In this document: positions 35,016 to 49,600 of the stretch, piece by piece | How positions within the stretch are numbered: the stretch's first letter is position 1 | How the letters are laid out: each line of letters opens with the position of its first letter | From: Octopus vulgaris | Lineage: Eukaryota | Direction: 5' to 3' | NCBI GenBank assembly: GCA_951406725.2 | Contig: OX597822.1 | Location: 61,008,001-61,072,000, forward strand | Length of the DNA: 64,000 nt | Translations under genes and position numbers: made by a program | Notes under the pieces: generated by a model | Seen by the model: the letters and a program-made list of their open reading frames with translations, nothing else | The model's database searches: none | What the model was told of the DNA's origin: nothing

Positions 35016-37965
35016 CACTGGGATTGAAATAATTGTTTGACCTCTCCACTCCAACCCCAGAATGTCATGCCTTGTTCCTATAGTAGAAAGGATTGTTATA
35101 ATTATTAAAGGAAGCTGACAGAATCATTACTATTCCAGACAAAATACTTGATGGCATTTCTTCCGGCTCGTTACATTCTGCTGAGATGCATTTTGCTTTG
35201 CAATCTTTTTGGATCAATAAGTACCAGTTGATCACGGGTGTCAATGTAATTAACTATCCCATACCCCTAAATTTCAAACCCTGTGCCTATAGTAGAACAA
35301 GTTTCTATTATTATTTTTAGAATGACACACTGAGCAAAATATTTTGTTAAAAGAAAGTTATTTGGATATTTGCTGAACAGGCTACAAGCTCTGATAAAGT
35401 GAAATCTAGTCACTTGAAAAACAATATAGCAGAAATGAGTTATCTAAAAATGTAATCAGTTACATGAAAATCAATAGAAATACATTCACACTTGTATTTA
35501 CATAACACAGTTTCTTTCAGATATTGCTGGCTATACAATAATCATAAAGAAAACACATTTGTGTGCAGAAAAAACAATTTTCTTTTGTTTGTATTCATTA
35601 ATTTTTTAATATTGAATCAAATATTTGTTTGTGAAATAAAATGTTTGCAGATATATCCCTGTTTAGTGCATGTTTATAAATTGCTGACAAGGACACTGTA
35701 TTTCATTTTGCAACTATTATATATACTACCAAGTATATTAAAGGTTTACAAGTCAACAAGTGTCTTACTTCTGTCTTAGCAGTGCATGTTATCTCTTATA
35801 GATTTCCTATAGAATTCAGAGCCAGCACTGCAAATTAAAATGTTTCATGTTTGTGTGTGTCCATATATCCAGTTAACATCATGTTAGAATATCTTGCTTA
35901 CCTCTTCTGTTATTCAATACCAACCTGTTTTAAGGTAAATTTTGGTAACTTAACATTTCATATATATCTGTAGTTCCACAAATTTAGAGGTATTGTGTGT
36001 GTGTGTGTGTCTGTTTGTCTGTCTGTCTGTCAACTTGTGTCAGAATACAACCACTTCTTGGAAAGTTGTAAATTTCATGGATGTTACCTTGAAACCTGTG
36101 AAGGGAAAACAGCTGCTAGTTGTAGGATGCAGGCCAGTTTATTAGGCTAGGTCCTTCCTGATTAACAAGTGGGCAGCGCTATTCTTGGAAAGGCCTACTC
36201 AATCACCCAAGGTGCTGTCAAATCTTTCCATACCATGGATTAGAAAAGAAGTTACGAATATCCCAAGCTGCCTTTGTGTAGGCTTCCAATTACATACCGC
36301 CGACTGGTCAAGCCTATATATTCTACTATTCCCCATTGCTGTATGGCTTTCTTCCAAAGTATGTTTTCCAAGAAGCTGATTATATAATGAGTGAAGCATG
36401 CACTGAGCTGCACTTGCTCTTCAAATAGATTGGCTTTCTTTCCAGTGGCCTAGGAGTAACTTGTTCAACCAGAAGCTGAATGACCCTCAGGCTTTACATA
36501 ATATCTTCTTGACAGATTAACTATCATGAGTATTCCTATGTCCCTGCTCATTTGCTAGGTAGCTGTTGACTCTACATTGGGTTCATCCATCCTTTTGACA
36601 AGTAGTACTTTTTTCTTTTTGCTCTACTGGATTTCTAGCAACCCTCTTCACCAGTTGCCAATGATCCGACTATACAAGAAATTGTTCCAGACTACATGTT
36701 ACCAGATCACAAGTGGAGTTACAAATAAGAAAAAGTACTTGATATATGTAGAGTTATTTATCCAAAAGAAGCTGATTAACTTCAATTTCTCTCTGAGATT
36801 CTTTAGCCAACAAAAATTGAATGAGTAGAAATTGATGTAAACTAATAACCCTGATCAGATAAATTTTTGCTGTACAGTAGCAGTCATGTTAGGGGGCTCA
36901 GCATGTCCTGACAGAAGCATGTTGTTATGAATGCTCTTATCTAACTGTTGTCAGCCAAAGTAAATCAGTCCAACCACTGTTCTTATTTGCCTACACCAAG
37001 TTATCGTTTATTGTGTTGTTACTTAAATGATTGCATCCATCAATGGAGTGAACCATCAGCTTCTAGAAATTTCTAAGTGATTCTTTTTCACATTTTAGGT
37101 AATTCTTAAAGGTATCTATTTACTCTTCTTGCTGGCAAGAAGCCATAGAACTTGCTAAATTAGTAAGATACAGTCATCTACACATGCACATTTCCATATA
37201 TCCACATAAGGGTTAAATGCTAAGAGCTCAGCTGAGTATTAAAAACCTCAGCTATTGTATGTAGGAGAGCTCCCTGCACTAGTATTGTAAAAGTGACGCA
37301 GATGAATGAAAATGTGCTGCCTAATGATAGCCAGCCAAGGAAAGAATGGTGAGGTTAGATGTAAAGATGTTGAACTTCACAAATGCAATGTCACAGAATT
37401 GGGCAGAGTAGAACAATGCTGTACTGTAAGCTTATCATTAAAGTTATGTATAATGTATTTATTTATTTTAGTTTATTTATTTATGCATACATGCAATACA
37501 CGGATGTTTACTGTGTACTCAAGGTCTGCTGAACTAAACTTGATAATACAGGGAAATAGATCTGCTACGAGAAAGCTGATGCTTTTATGAGAGGACGAGT
37601 AGTAGTAGCAATAATAATAATAATGTCTCTCAACCTTGGCATTGGTCCAGTGTTATAGGGATGAGATGTAATTGATTCAATAGACACCAATAATAATGAT
37701 ACCGATATTTTAGTTAACTGTTGATTTTGTTTTGTTTTCTTAAATCTTGCATTATATATTACACTAGCCTGTTTTCACTATTCTGAAAATCATTTTTTTT
37801 TTACAGTACTTCATTTCACTTACCAAACTGTATGAATAATCAAGCTGATTGATTCAAGGCAAATGTTGTACTTGATTGTGATAGAAAAATATTCTTTTTA
37901 TATCATTCTAACCTCTGCTGATTTAATAGAAACTTTTCCCTTCTATTATCCTCTTGAAGTTTGTG

Positions 37966-38024
37966 GTTGTAAACACTAATATTTCGACATGATCTAGTTA
38001 GAGAATAGTCATAATCAGAACAAC
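37966..38024 (-). ncRNA. Degenerate type I hammerhead relic
   Basis: guuguu-CUGAUUA-u-gac..guc-GAAA-uauuagug-UU-uacaac: stems I-III recognisable, G8 changed to U. Confidence 0.4.
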
Positions 38025-38491
38025 TAAGCACTTGTATTGTTTACTATCTGGTAATCTATAAAATATGGTTTAGAGTTGTGTAATTGACAGTTTTCTGCCT
38101 TAATAGACATCTGGTTTCTAATCTTACTGAAGTAGCTCCATCCTTGTTCAAGAGACAGTAAAAATAGATGCTTGCCAACAGGCTGAATTGTGTGTGGTCT
38201 CTACGCTGCAGTTATTGGCTAACTGTAACCAGAGCTGCTCAGCAATAACAATTTAGGCCACTGTGGAAAAATAAACATGTGAATTTAAGTCAACAAGGGA
38301 ACACGTCTTTAGTTATATATGATGCTTATATATATTGGTTAGTTGAAAATGCTGTCATCTATTTTGATGGCATTCCTCCTGTTTTTACCCTCTGAGGTTA
38401 GTTGCAGTTAAAGGAAGATTTGAAAGGAGATGCTATTACCAGTAATCTGGAACAAGCGATCCAAAAGATGTCTTTAGCAACATCATTGTAG

Positions 38492-38653
38492 TAGTATAGG
38501 AGAGGGAATCATAGCCATTATCTAAGCATGGGTATTTCCAGCTGAAAATTAGTCTTTATAGTAGCAGCAACACTACCACTACATATAATAACATAATTTT
38601 CAGCTGAAAATACCCATACTCAAATACTGGCTATGATTCCCTTTCCTATAGTA
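38492..38653. repeat. Imperfect inverted repeat, arms about 57-60 bp (MITE or fold-back)
   Basis: tataggagagggaatcatagcca..cagctgaaaatta versus taattttcagctg..tggctatgattccctttcctata. Confidence 0.85.
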
Positions 38654-40724
38654 ATAATTTTGCAACTAGAGCATGTATATTTTTAGTTATTTTTACAATC
38701 AAATAAACACTAGTTGTTTATTAGACTTAAAGAAAGCTTTCTTTAAAATACCACTCGCTGTCTCTTGTAACTGGTTTCCTACACTGTAAGCTGATAACTG
38801 ATTCTACAGTTGTTATAATGTAACTTTGGAACTTGTGGTAATGGGTTTTAGTAAGCAGAAAGTCCACCACTATCTGAAAGAACTTTGTCTGAACTGTGAT
38901 AATAAAACTCAGAATGCTTTTCTTTCTTTCTTTCTTTCTTTCTTTGTACTTTTTCTTCTAAGATGCTATGGTCTGAAGCAAATATTTTCTTCTTTTTACT
39001 CAACAGCTTTCCAAAAGATGTTTCCTTTCTTTTTTTCTTTATCTCAAGATTTTTCAGATTCCTTTTTCAATTATTTTCTTTTCTTTTATGTTTTTAGTTA
39101 TCTTTAAAGACTTCAAATATTTTCCATATCTAGTTGTCTGTTGTAAACAGTTGTCAGTATTAGGATTTTTTTTTTCTTTCCTACAAGGCTGGATGTTTGG
39201 AATACATTAGGACTTTAAAGACTTTATATAACCTAAAAGTACACTAATTTCCTCTACCTCATATTTAATGAATAGCATTCATTTTTACTTTTAGGTTATA
39301 TCATAGGTTATTGACTGAACTGATGTCTGAATTATACTGAAAGGCTCCTGAGCATTACACAATTCAACATGTTCGTGTTATTCATGTTTAAAACTGAATA
39401 TATGGAATCATGAATAGGAAATTTCATTCAATTTTGGGTTGCTAAATGCATTAGATAAAATTCAATTTCTATATATTACATTTTCCTTTCAGCAGACAGT
39501 TTTCTTGAAAAACATGAAATGTAATTATTGGCATGACTAGCTAGCTAAATGGGATTTTATTTCTTGTTCCATTAAAGTTCGTCTTTCATCTTGTTAGCTG
39601 GCATGAGCGCATTAAAATTTAATGCTACTTTTAACAAAGCATATCTTGAAGATAAACACATAGAATGTTCTGTTTCATATTGAGATATTATTGATTATTA
39701 CACATACTCTTTAACTATCTGCTTTTAATAAACTCAGTAATTAAGCCAACTAGATTATATACAAGCCAATGCAGAAGCCTCCACTTGTTATACTGACCTA
39801 TTATAAATCAGCATCTTACAGGAAAGGCATATCGGACAATGTAAACCTAAGATATCTTTGATCATGGATTGTTAGTCCTGGGGCTAAACAACAAGGTAGC
39901 CAAAAATAAATAAAATAAAAATGTCTATGTAAAAGCAAGCACTGTAGAAGAGTAAGCAGTTAAGTTGTTGATAGCAATCCTGTTTTAATCTCCAGTTGTT
40001 GTCATTTCGCATTTATGTGCCAGTGAGAAATGGCATATACCTCACATGGATTTAAATAGGACTGATCACCAAAATAAACTGACTTTATCATAAAATGCAT
40101 GGGATAAATACTTTCAAACTTTACTGTAAATCTTGTATTGTTCTCTTAGGCAATGTGGTACTTAACTGAAGTGACCTTCATTTGCTTGACTGACAGGTTC
40201 CACTTTTATTTGATAATTAATGGGTTTTGCCTGTAGGAAGTGCATCCAACTGTAAGCAGTTGTTTCAATAAACACCATTCCACTCCTCTCCTTCTACTGT
40301 AAGAAAAAAAAAATCATTGAAACTAGTGATTGCTAAAGTGTTTATATAAGAACTTGTTTCTGTCCAGTGAACTATTTCATTTTCCTCTGTTTTTTGTCCT
40401 ATAAATAATTTTACCAATTTGACTAGTGCTTAAAATTTTAGAAAACTAAGACTTGAAATAAATATTTTAGGGGTTGGTGGGGAAGGCATGCAAATATAAG
40501 GATGTTAATATAAGTATATTTATTGGAATAGTGAGTAAATTGATAAATTTATTGGAATAGTGCATAAATCATATCTTCCTTGTCTTCATATACTTTTCAA
40601 ATATGACTTGACTTTATTTAAACAAAAAGATGCATTCACCATTTGATTTGAAGTGAAACAATTAGTTAATTTTATTGCTGAACATATTAGATTATAAATA
40701 AACAACACATACATTTAATAAGCA

Positions 40725-41049
40725 CAGGCATAGCTGTGTGGTAAGAAGCTTGCTTCCCAACCACATGGTTGCAGGTTCAGACCCACTGCATGGCACCTTG
40801 AGCAAGTGTCTTCTGCTATAACCTTGGACTGGCCAAAGCCTTGTGAGTAGATTTGGTAGATGGAAACTGAAAGAAGCTCCTATATATGTATATGTTTGTG
40901 TGTCTGTGTTTATGTCCCCGTAAGTTAGCAGTTGGGCAAAAAGCAACTGATAGAATAAGTACTAGGCTTACTGGGGTTGATTTGTTTGACTAAAGGTGGT
41001 GCTCCAGCATGGCTGCAATCAAATGACTGAAACAAGTAAAAGAATAAAA
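40725..41049 (+). mobile_element. SINE family A with internal deletions
   Basis: gctgtgtggtaagaagcttgcttccc..gactgaaacaagtaaaagaataaaa. Confidence 0.85.
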
Positions 41050-43621
41050 TAAATTTTTTAATATGACTTAGATAACATAATTTGTCAATATCCTTTAGTT
41101 TCATCATCATCATTTAACATCCGTTTTCCTTGCTAGTGTCAAATTATAATGAAAGAATTACATAAAAATTGATGCACACAGTTAAGTAAGGTACAGGTAT
41201 AAAACTAAATATAAAGAATGGGAGAAGATTAATGTGTGCTACTTGAAATTCTATTTTTATTGCTAGTTTATGATCTAAGATAATATTGTGGCACAAGGTT
41301 TTATTTAATTTCAAATGAAAATATCTGTTTTCAAGATTGAATTTCAGTTTATGGAGCAGTTTTATTTGTAACTTTAGATCAGTATAGTCCACATAATTAG
41401 CTGGGTATTGATTGAAGTAGTCGTGTTATGCAAAATATTTATAAGCTGAGACAAAGAACTTTTTATATTTGATAAATATGAAACGATGATGATGATGATG
41501 ATGAAAATTAAATGAATGAGACAGCATGCATTTAATTTGAAAAAAGCTTAAAGCTTTTATAATCCATAATATCTGTAAATGTGTAAAGTGTTTGAAATCC
41601 TAGCCATTGCTAAGCTGTTTTCATTCAGAAGTGGGTCAAGAAAAGAACAGTCCTATAGATAACTTAGTACAATGTGTTGTATTTTTTGGAAATGAGGTCA
41701 AAAGTTAGGTTTCCATATCAGTTGTTGATTCTTGTTTATATTTTGTTGTTGAGTGAATAGTTTTGTGTTTAGACATGGGAGCATGTGATTTTGTGGCAAT
41801 GATGTCTTTCTAGGAGCATTAATGATTGTAAACAGAGTTAAGTGCTCTTAATGGAAATCACATTGAGTACTTAACAAATATCAAATGGTCTTATTTAGCC
41901 AAACTGCTAAGTTAGTTAAACTACAGATTCAAACATTTTATGGGCCAAGTGTTTACCATTAACCACAAATATTAGAAAGAAATACATTTTTGCTAATATA
42001 TATTTGGTAAAGAAAGACGTGAATGTCATTAAATTTTAATTTTCATCTTCCATCCTATGCTCCTGTGTAAAACCCACACACATATTCACATATACACACA
42101 TGCAGCCTTTAGATCTAAGAAAGGCAGTGTATTAATCCAATAGCTGTGTCTGGTTTTAAAAGCATGAGTTTTTAATCTCATAACTGATGCTTTATTATAA
42201 ATACTTTTTTTTTTTCACTAAGTAGTGTTTACTTCTAGTAGTTGTATTTCTACTCTGAACATTAATTAATGGCAATATTTGCTTGTGTCTTCTGATGATA
42301 CATCTGAAGCAACAATGGGATTAAGGATTAAATCTGCCCTAGATAAACCTCATTCATGAAGCAGCAAATTAAGTCTGTGTCAGGGATCTAGCAGTGAGTG
42401 GATGATATTCATTAGCAGACAAAAACGCCATATAAAAAATATGTATGTTGTGCTTTCCTGACAGAATGATACACAAAGCAGTAGTTATTTGTTGTACTGC
42501 AGTCACATTTCATTCTTAGCTGCTTTAGGATGAGTCATTATTCTGATGGTTTCTTTTAAGAAAGTTTTCATAATTTAACAACTAACTTTTGAGTTATTTT
42601 TATTTTGTATGGCCATTGTTAACAAGTTTGGTTCGCAATCACATACATAATTCTTTGTTAGATTGCATGGCACTTTAAACAACCACCATCCGCCAACCCA
42701 TATGAGTGAATTTAAGCAAATGGAATGTCATTAGGAATGGCATCCAGCCATAAAAACCATGCCAAAGCAGACATTGGAGCTAGCTTGTTGGATGGTCTAA
42801 ACCTGTTCTTGGAAGGCAGACAATCCATCACCATTTCCTTTTCCTTCCTCATGCTATCTGCTTTCATTTTTCCTTTTAACTTCTACATACTTCTTATCTT
42901 TTACTTTCTCTGTTAACTGCTTTTCAGTAGCATTTTCATTATCATCATTTAGCATCCATGTTCCATGCTGGCATGAGTTTGATGGTTTGACAGGATTTGT
43001 TTGATGAGCTAAGGACTGCATCATGTCTGCTTTGGCATAGTTTCTAAAGCCAGATGCCCTTCCTCATTTACTGGATGCTTTTTGTCATGCCATCAGCACT
43101 AGTAAGTTTGCCATGGAGCTTAGAAGACTACAAATCTTGATCATGGTGGTAGTAGAGAGGGTTAAAGCATAAGGGCTGAAATAGAATAAGTTTCTTGCTG
43201 TAGAGGAACATAACTACTCAAATTTTAGAAGAGAAGGTGGGGATGATCAGATGGATCTGGAAAGTGATAAAAATAGTGGTTATGTAATGTTAGTGAACCT
43301 TCAAGGTACGAGTGGGAATGAGGTGCCAGGAGTGAGAAGAGTTAAGGATCTCTGGTTGTGCAGAGTAGTAGAATAGAAATGGTGATACTGTAAATTGGAG
43401 GAGGACAAAAGAGAGATATCATACTTTTGAATAGGTTATGGGAGAACCTATCACAGTCCCTTTCCCTTTCTACTGTCTGCTGCTTGCTTCCATTGCATCA
43501 CATAAGTATGCATGTGCAACTGATTTTGTATATCATTGTCTTCAGCTGTTGGTATTTAGTATTAGATTTTTTTCTCTCATTGCAGATACTTTGCTGTTAA
43601 AAGTTAACTGAAGTTGTAATC

Positions 43622-43672
43622 ATGGCATTGTATCCGTCACTGGAAGATATGAAAGTTGACCAAATGGTCAAA
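43622..43672 (+). CDS. SDCBP: Syntenin coding exon 1 (exon begins 43586), [17 protein letters not shown]
   Basis: Acceptor ttgcag ending 43585; in-frame upstream TAA 43598-600; atcATGG; donor gtaagt at 43673. Confidence 0.95.
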
Positions 43673-46600
43673 GTAAGTACAATTTTCTACTCGTTTGTCT
43701 TTATTATCCAAACTTCTATACATTTGGCTGCTGCTTCTGTACTAACGAAATGGTTCTCGCTTATTGACATTCTATCATAGCTTAAACAGGTATTTCCTTA
43801 GTTCATCCATCTTGTCAGACAGCTCAGTCAGTTACTTGAACGTTCCTATAGCCATGATTGGCTCTGTTAATCTCAATATGGGGATTAATGATTGGCTCTG
43901 TTAATCCCAATATGGGGATTAATGATTGGCTTTATTATTAACTTCTATATGGAAGTTAGAGGAATCTTAGCATCTATGGGTGCTTAGCTATTGGACACAA
44001 TACTGTTGACAACAGGATATAACTCATTGACCTCTTAGCTTATTGTTTTGTCTATTATCCACTTTGTAAATGTTACCAAAAAGAAGAGGTGGTGGTGATG
44101 GGTATACACAGAAACTTGACCTGTTGGAAATACCAGCGGAATCTCAAACAAGTCATGTTCTATTTGTGAAAAAAGAGCCACAATGAATAATGTAGTGTTT
44201 GTAACATTAACTGAAAAGTAAGACACATTGGTGGCTGGAGTATCATTTAATCAGAGTTGACTAGAGGTCGAACAGTATGAAATCAGTGAGAGAACCTCTC
44301 TCTGATTATTCAATTTATTACAAATAAAAACCAAATCTCCAAATCCCATCCTACTGTCTTTATAAAAGGACTCTTTTAAAAATGTAGCCCTAAATAAACT
44401 CTGAAAACTATAAACAGGATTGTCATCTGGAATGCCATTATTCAAACACCTTTTTGGTCAAGGCTGATCTGAAGTTAAATAACTGTTTGTTTTTACTGTC
44501 AAGGGACCATATGTAGAGCAATATCCATTTGCCTAGGAAATAAAAATGAATTTTATTCAATGCCAGCTGTAAATTATTGCTTCATGACTGAAGAGATGAT
44601 TGTGTTCTCAGAAAGTAGATACATGGTAATCTTCTTGTAGATTTCAGCAAATCAAACAGCTAATGCTTGCCTCCGCATTCTCTGTAAGCAGTAGTTCAGA
44701 AATCTTCTCTTGGCTAAGATGATTGACTTATTGTAAGTAATGTTTGTCAGTTCTGTCGCCTGTTTTTAACTGCTAGATAAGATATTGCAGGATCAAGTGT
44801 TCCAGGCTATCAACACAATGAAACATCTGCAATGAATACAAACTAGAAAACCTTCAGCTAAACAATTCAATATTTTAGCCATTCAGCCATGTATAAGCCT
44901 AGAATAACTGTAAAAAAAAAATACATGAGAATTTGCCAAATGAGCTTTGTTCTCTATGAACTGCCTTTATGGCCAGCAGAAACCAAGTCATTTGACAACA
45001 TTTTTTTTTTCACATAGTATAGGTTCAGTTGGTAAAGATTAGCAGATTTGTTATTAATAATAGAATTCATTAAGTCTTATCATTTAAATGGCTAGAAATA
45101 GCACCCAAATCAATAATCAGAACACACCACACAATATTTTGTCTGAGATACATGGCCTGAAAAGATAGGATGGTCATGAAATGAATGTCTTTGATCATAA
45201 ATCTGGTCAGTTAGAGTTGTCTAACTGGGATTTTTATTTTCTTTTATTTGTATTGCTGTGAATTTTTTTTTTTTTAGATCGATAACTTCATCTTTTATGA
45301 TTTTCTGTAAAATGTTTAGAATGGTTAACTGCTCATCATTAGTTGCCATGTGTATCTATAATAAATACAAATATGCTCAAGCTGGAATTGAACTGGTGAA
45401 CAGCTGAAGACAAATGACAACTAAATGATTTAAAACATTTTACAAAACTAGAAAATATGTTAATGAAGTTTGTTTGTTTTTCTCAACTATACTAATAATT
45501 CATTTTGTATATTTAGTCATAATTGCTTATTATTTTGTTTTAACATTCTCTTAAAGAAAAATAAATGAATAAATAAATGTGATTGTATTGTAATCTTGTG
45601 ATGTGACTTTAATCTGTTGTTATTGTTTATATATGTGCCTGTCTCATTCATCTAAGATATGAAATGTTCATTATATTTATAGATGATTATTATAGATTTG
45701 TAAAGAACAAACCATTTTTTTTATTAAATAATAATAAATGGCTGTTGGTTAAAACTTCAAGCACTTGTACCATCAACTTGTTCAATGAATTAGCCTGAAA
45801 GTAGTGGAGCATTCCACAGATGCTTAGAACCTTAATGTAATTTTCAGCAGAGTCAGCATGACACTGTATCTGATTAAGCTGTTTCTCTGAATTACAATCC
45901 ATATTTCCAAACAGTTTCCTTCAACCCACAAGACTTTGATCTACCCAAGGTTATCATAAGTCACTTGTCCAAGATAACATACAGTTGAATCAAACCCCAA
46001 ACCTTGTGATTGTGAAGTGAACTACTTAACCATTTAGCATTATTATTATCATTATTATCCCGTCGCTATGTTCTAAGTTCAAATTCCGCCAAGGTCAACT
46101 TTGCCTTTCATCCTTTCGGGGTCGATAAATTAAGTACCAGTGAAATTCTGGAGTCAATGTAATCGACTAATCCCCTACCGCAAAGTTTCGGGCCTTGTTC
46201 CTATAATAGAAAGGATTATTATTATTATCATCATAAAGGCGGCAAACTGGCTGAACCGTTAGCAGCCTGGGTAAAATGCTTGGCAGCATTTCATCCCTTA
46301 CATTCTGAGTTCAAATTCTGCCGCGGTTGACTTTACCTTTCATCCTTTTAGCGTCAATGAAATAAGTACCAGTTCTGCACTGTGGTCAATATGATCAACT
46401 AGCCCCCTCCCTCCAAATTTCAGGCCTTGTGCCTAGAGTAGAAAGGATTATTATCATTATCTAAGGCTGCAAGCTGACAGAATTGTTAGGATGCCAAATA
46501 AAATGCTTAGTGGAATTTTAGTTTTACATTCTGAGTTCAAATGCCACTGAGATCAACTCCACTTTTCATTCCATTGGAGTCAATAAAATAAGTACCAGTC

Positions 46601-49600
46601 AAGCACTCAAATTACTGATATTGACTTACTCCTTCCTCTAAAATTGCTGGCCTTGTGCTAAAATTTTATTGTCATTATTATTATTATTGCTATTTCTAAT
46701 ATAGTCAGTTGATTGGCAGAATTGTTAGTGTCAGAAAAATTACCTTGTGATATTCCTTCCAGCTCTTTTGTGTTGAGTTCAAATCCCACTTAGGTCATCT
46801 TTGCCTTTTATCCTTTCAGGGTCAATTAAATAAAGCTCCATTCAAGCACTGTGGTCAATTTGACTCACTCCCATTTCTAAATTTCAGGCTTTGTAAATTT
46901 CAGTTATAATTATATAGGTTAATATAGGTACTTAAGTGTATTAAAGTTTTAATTTTTTTTTTATTTGTACTTGTCTTAAAAAATACACACCCCTACTTTG
47001 TTGCACTCCTAGTTGGGTCCAGCTGAGCAGACCTATTATCAAAAGTGTTTTACCTTGACTACCTTGTCTTAGAATTTTTGGATTGGGTTTGGAAATGTTT
47101 ACCAAAGGATTTTGATGTCAGAATCCTTGAATCCCTCCTCCTTTTTAGAATTTCCTCTACTACAATGATGCAATTTTCTTAGTGATGTTCTTTATATGCA
47201 TAAATTTTAAGCTGTTGAATATTATCATTATTTGTACATGACACTCATATAAGTGACGGAGCTACATCAGATTAACATGGTGTGGGCAAATGCTTGCAAC
47301 ATAAATTGGTTCTTGCAAATAAGTTGATAAAATGTCACCATCAGTCACTAACAGGAAATGATAAGTGTAGGAGTTGAGACTTTTTAATGAACCTTGGATT
47401 CAAGATTCAATGATTTAAGATGGCATGATAAAACAAAATGGATTGCATCTGTATAACCTTTACCAGCAAGGTAAATAAGAATAATGTTAAGATAATTTTT
47501 AGTGCTATTAATTGTAAAATTGTAATCTTAATATCTCATTTTAGACATGTGCAGAAACTGTTGTATAATAATTGAAAAGTGATGTTAAGCAAACAAATCT
47601 ATTATGCTACCTTCTTCAGCCATAAATATTTTTGTTATTTAATTGTGAAAACTCTAACAATTTATCAAATATTCAGATTTTCAAAACTGCCCCATCTGTC
47701 TGACAAGAAAAATATCTTGAAATGTTTAAAATTGCAAATGTTTTCAATCTTAACACCATCACACAAATTTATTTATTTTCATCTATTGTTTAATCAGCAG
47801 AAAAGGTTAAATTAGAGCTGAAGTAGGATATTAAACACACTTTGTAATGTGGTAATAATGTGTTGTAATTTCTGATGGCCTTATTGATATAAATCTTTTG
47901 TTTATTATAATTTCCAGGGAAAATTTCAGTTATCTGAAATGTTACATTAAGTATAGCTCTCTTTTTGTTGTCTACAGATGCAAAAAGGTGGTTAGTTGAT
48001 TGAGTCATTAGAGTAATTGTAGTATTTTTTGACTCCTTATGCCAGGATTATCTTTGCTTTTCTTGCTTTTAAAGTTGATTAAAAACAAAAAAAAGTATCA
48101 ATCAAGGTCAGTAGGTTGATAGAAATGTTAGACAGGTAAAATGCTCTGTGGCATCTGTTCTGGCTCTATTGTTAAGACAGCAATGCTTGTAATGCCACTT
48201 GTGCTAAGCTGTATCAGCACAAGTTGTATAAACATTGGTGGCATGAAGAATGAAGGCTTGTGTGCATAAGCAACTGCTAGTCTTCCTCAAAAAAGATCTT
48301 GCTTAGGTCTCCATGTACATGTGCAGATATATTACCAATATTGAACAACAGAGGCCCTACAGACTCAAACTTATTAATTAATGTTTTCAAGGTGATATAA
48401 GTAATTTCTTTACAAACTCATTGATATATGTATGCATACTATTTTTCTCAGGTTTAATTTTATCATTATTTGCCTTTTGCAATATTCAGATTATTGCTGA
48501 GAAATCATATTATATAATCTGTAGAATGCTATTCAATTGATTAGTGTGCATATGATTATTAAGTCAATGAAATACATTTTTATTTTACTTTTAAATAACT
48601 ATATTTCCATGTTTGTAATACCTCATTAAGAAAGGATACTGAGGAATCTGAGTTTTTATTGATTGTTATTTAGCCCCAAGTCGGCCCTGATTGATTAGAT
48701 ATATAATCAAAGGCATTTATTTTACTTGTGTACTCCAGACCATATTATTCATATTTTTTTTCTTGCTAAGATGGTATAGTGAGGGTTAAGGAAGATTTAG
48801 TTGCTAGCAAAACAAGGAAAGAATTCTTTTGGAATGTTTTCTTAACCCAAATTACTGTGACAGTAATTAGTTGGATGTATTTTCAGATTTGTTCAAAATC
48901 AGCATTGTTTCTCTTACAGTTTTGTACAGACCACTAGTACAGATGGTAGTGAATTGTATACTTAGCAAGTTGTTCATAAACTTAGTTCACCGAGTAACTT
49001 TTGCATATTAGTTTAATATTGAGTTGTGTTCAAGTGATGAACATTTAAGGCATCCTTATCATGCTTGTAACTGAACAAACTATTTTGTAAAATTATTTTT
49101 TCTTTTTACCATTAGATTGTCTTGTGCAGACAATTCTTTTAAATGGCAGTGACCATGAAGACAAACTCTGTCTTTTTTTTGCTGTTAGCTGATATTTTTT
49201 TCTGCACTTTGATTTGGTTATTAAAATATTTACTCTGAAATAAACATGTTTAGTGTAATTAAGGTTTTAAAAAAATACAGTAGGGCCAGAAAATGCATAG
49301 AATCTGAATTGTTGCTGACAGTCCATATGGTTCCAGTACATCCGTTATTGGAGTTCTTACCTGAGGTGGCAGATACACACACTATATCTTCTTATTTTTC
49401 TGAAGCAACAGATATACTTTTACTTGCCACTATTATACTTCCTATATCCTCCCACAGTTTATTTTACATTCTCCAGAAAGGTTCTTGCTTTTCTGAAAAT
49501 AACTAGTTGTGTATCATCTATAGCCAAATCTTGTAGTCACACATCCTACCCTCACAGATCCTATACTAAATGCTCTTCCCAATCCTTCCTCAGATCAGTA

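Noticed and set aside
36100-37400. Moderately GC-richer intronic block, possible exon or old TE
   Set aside because: No convincing ORF, motif or element ends could be identified by eye.
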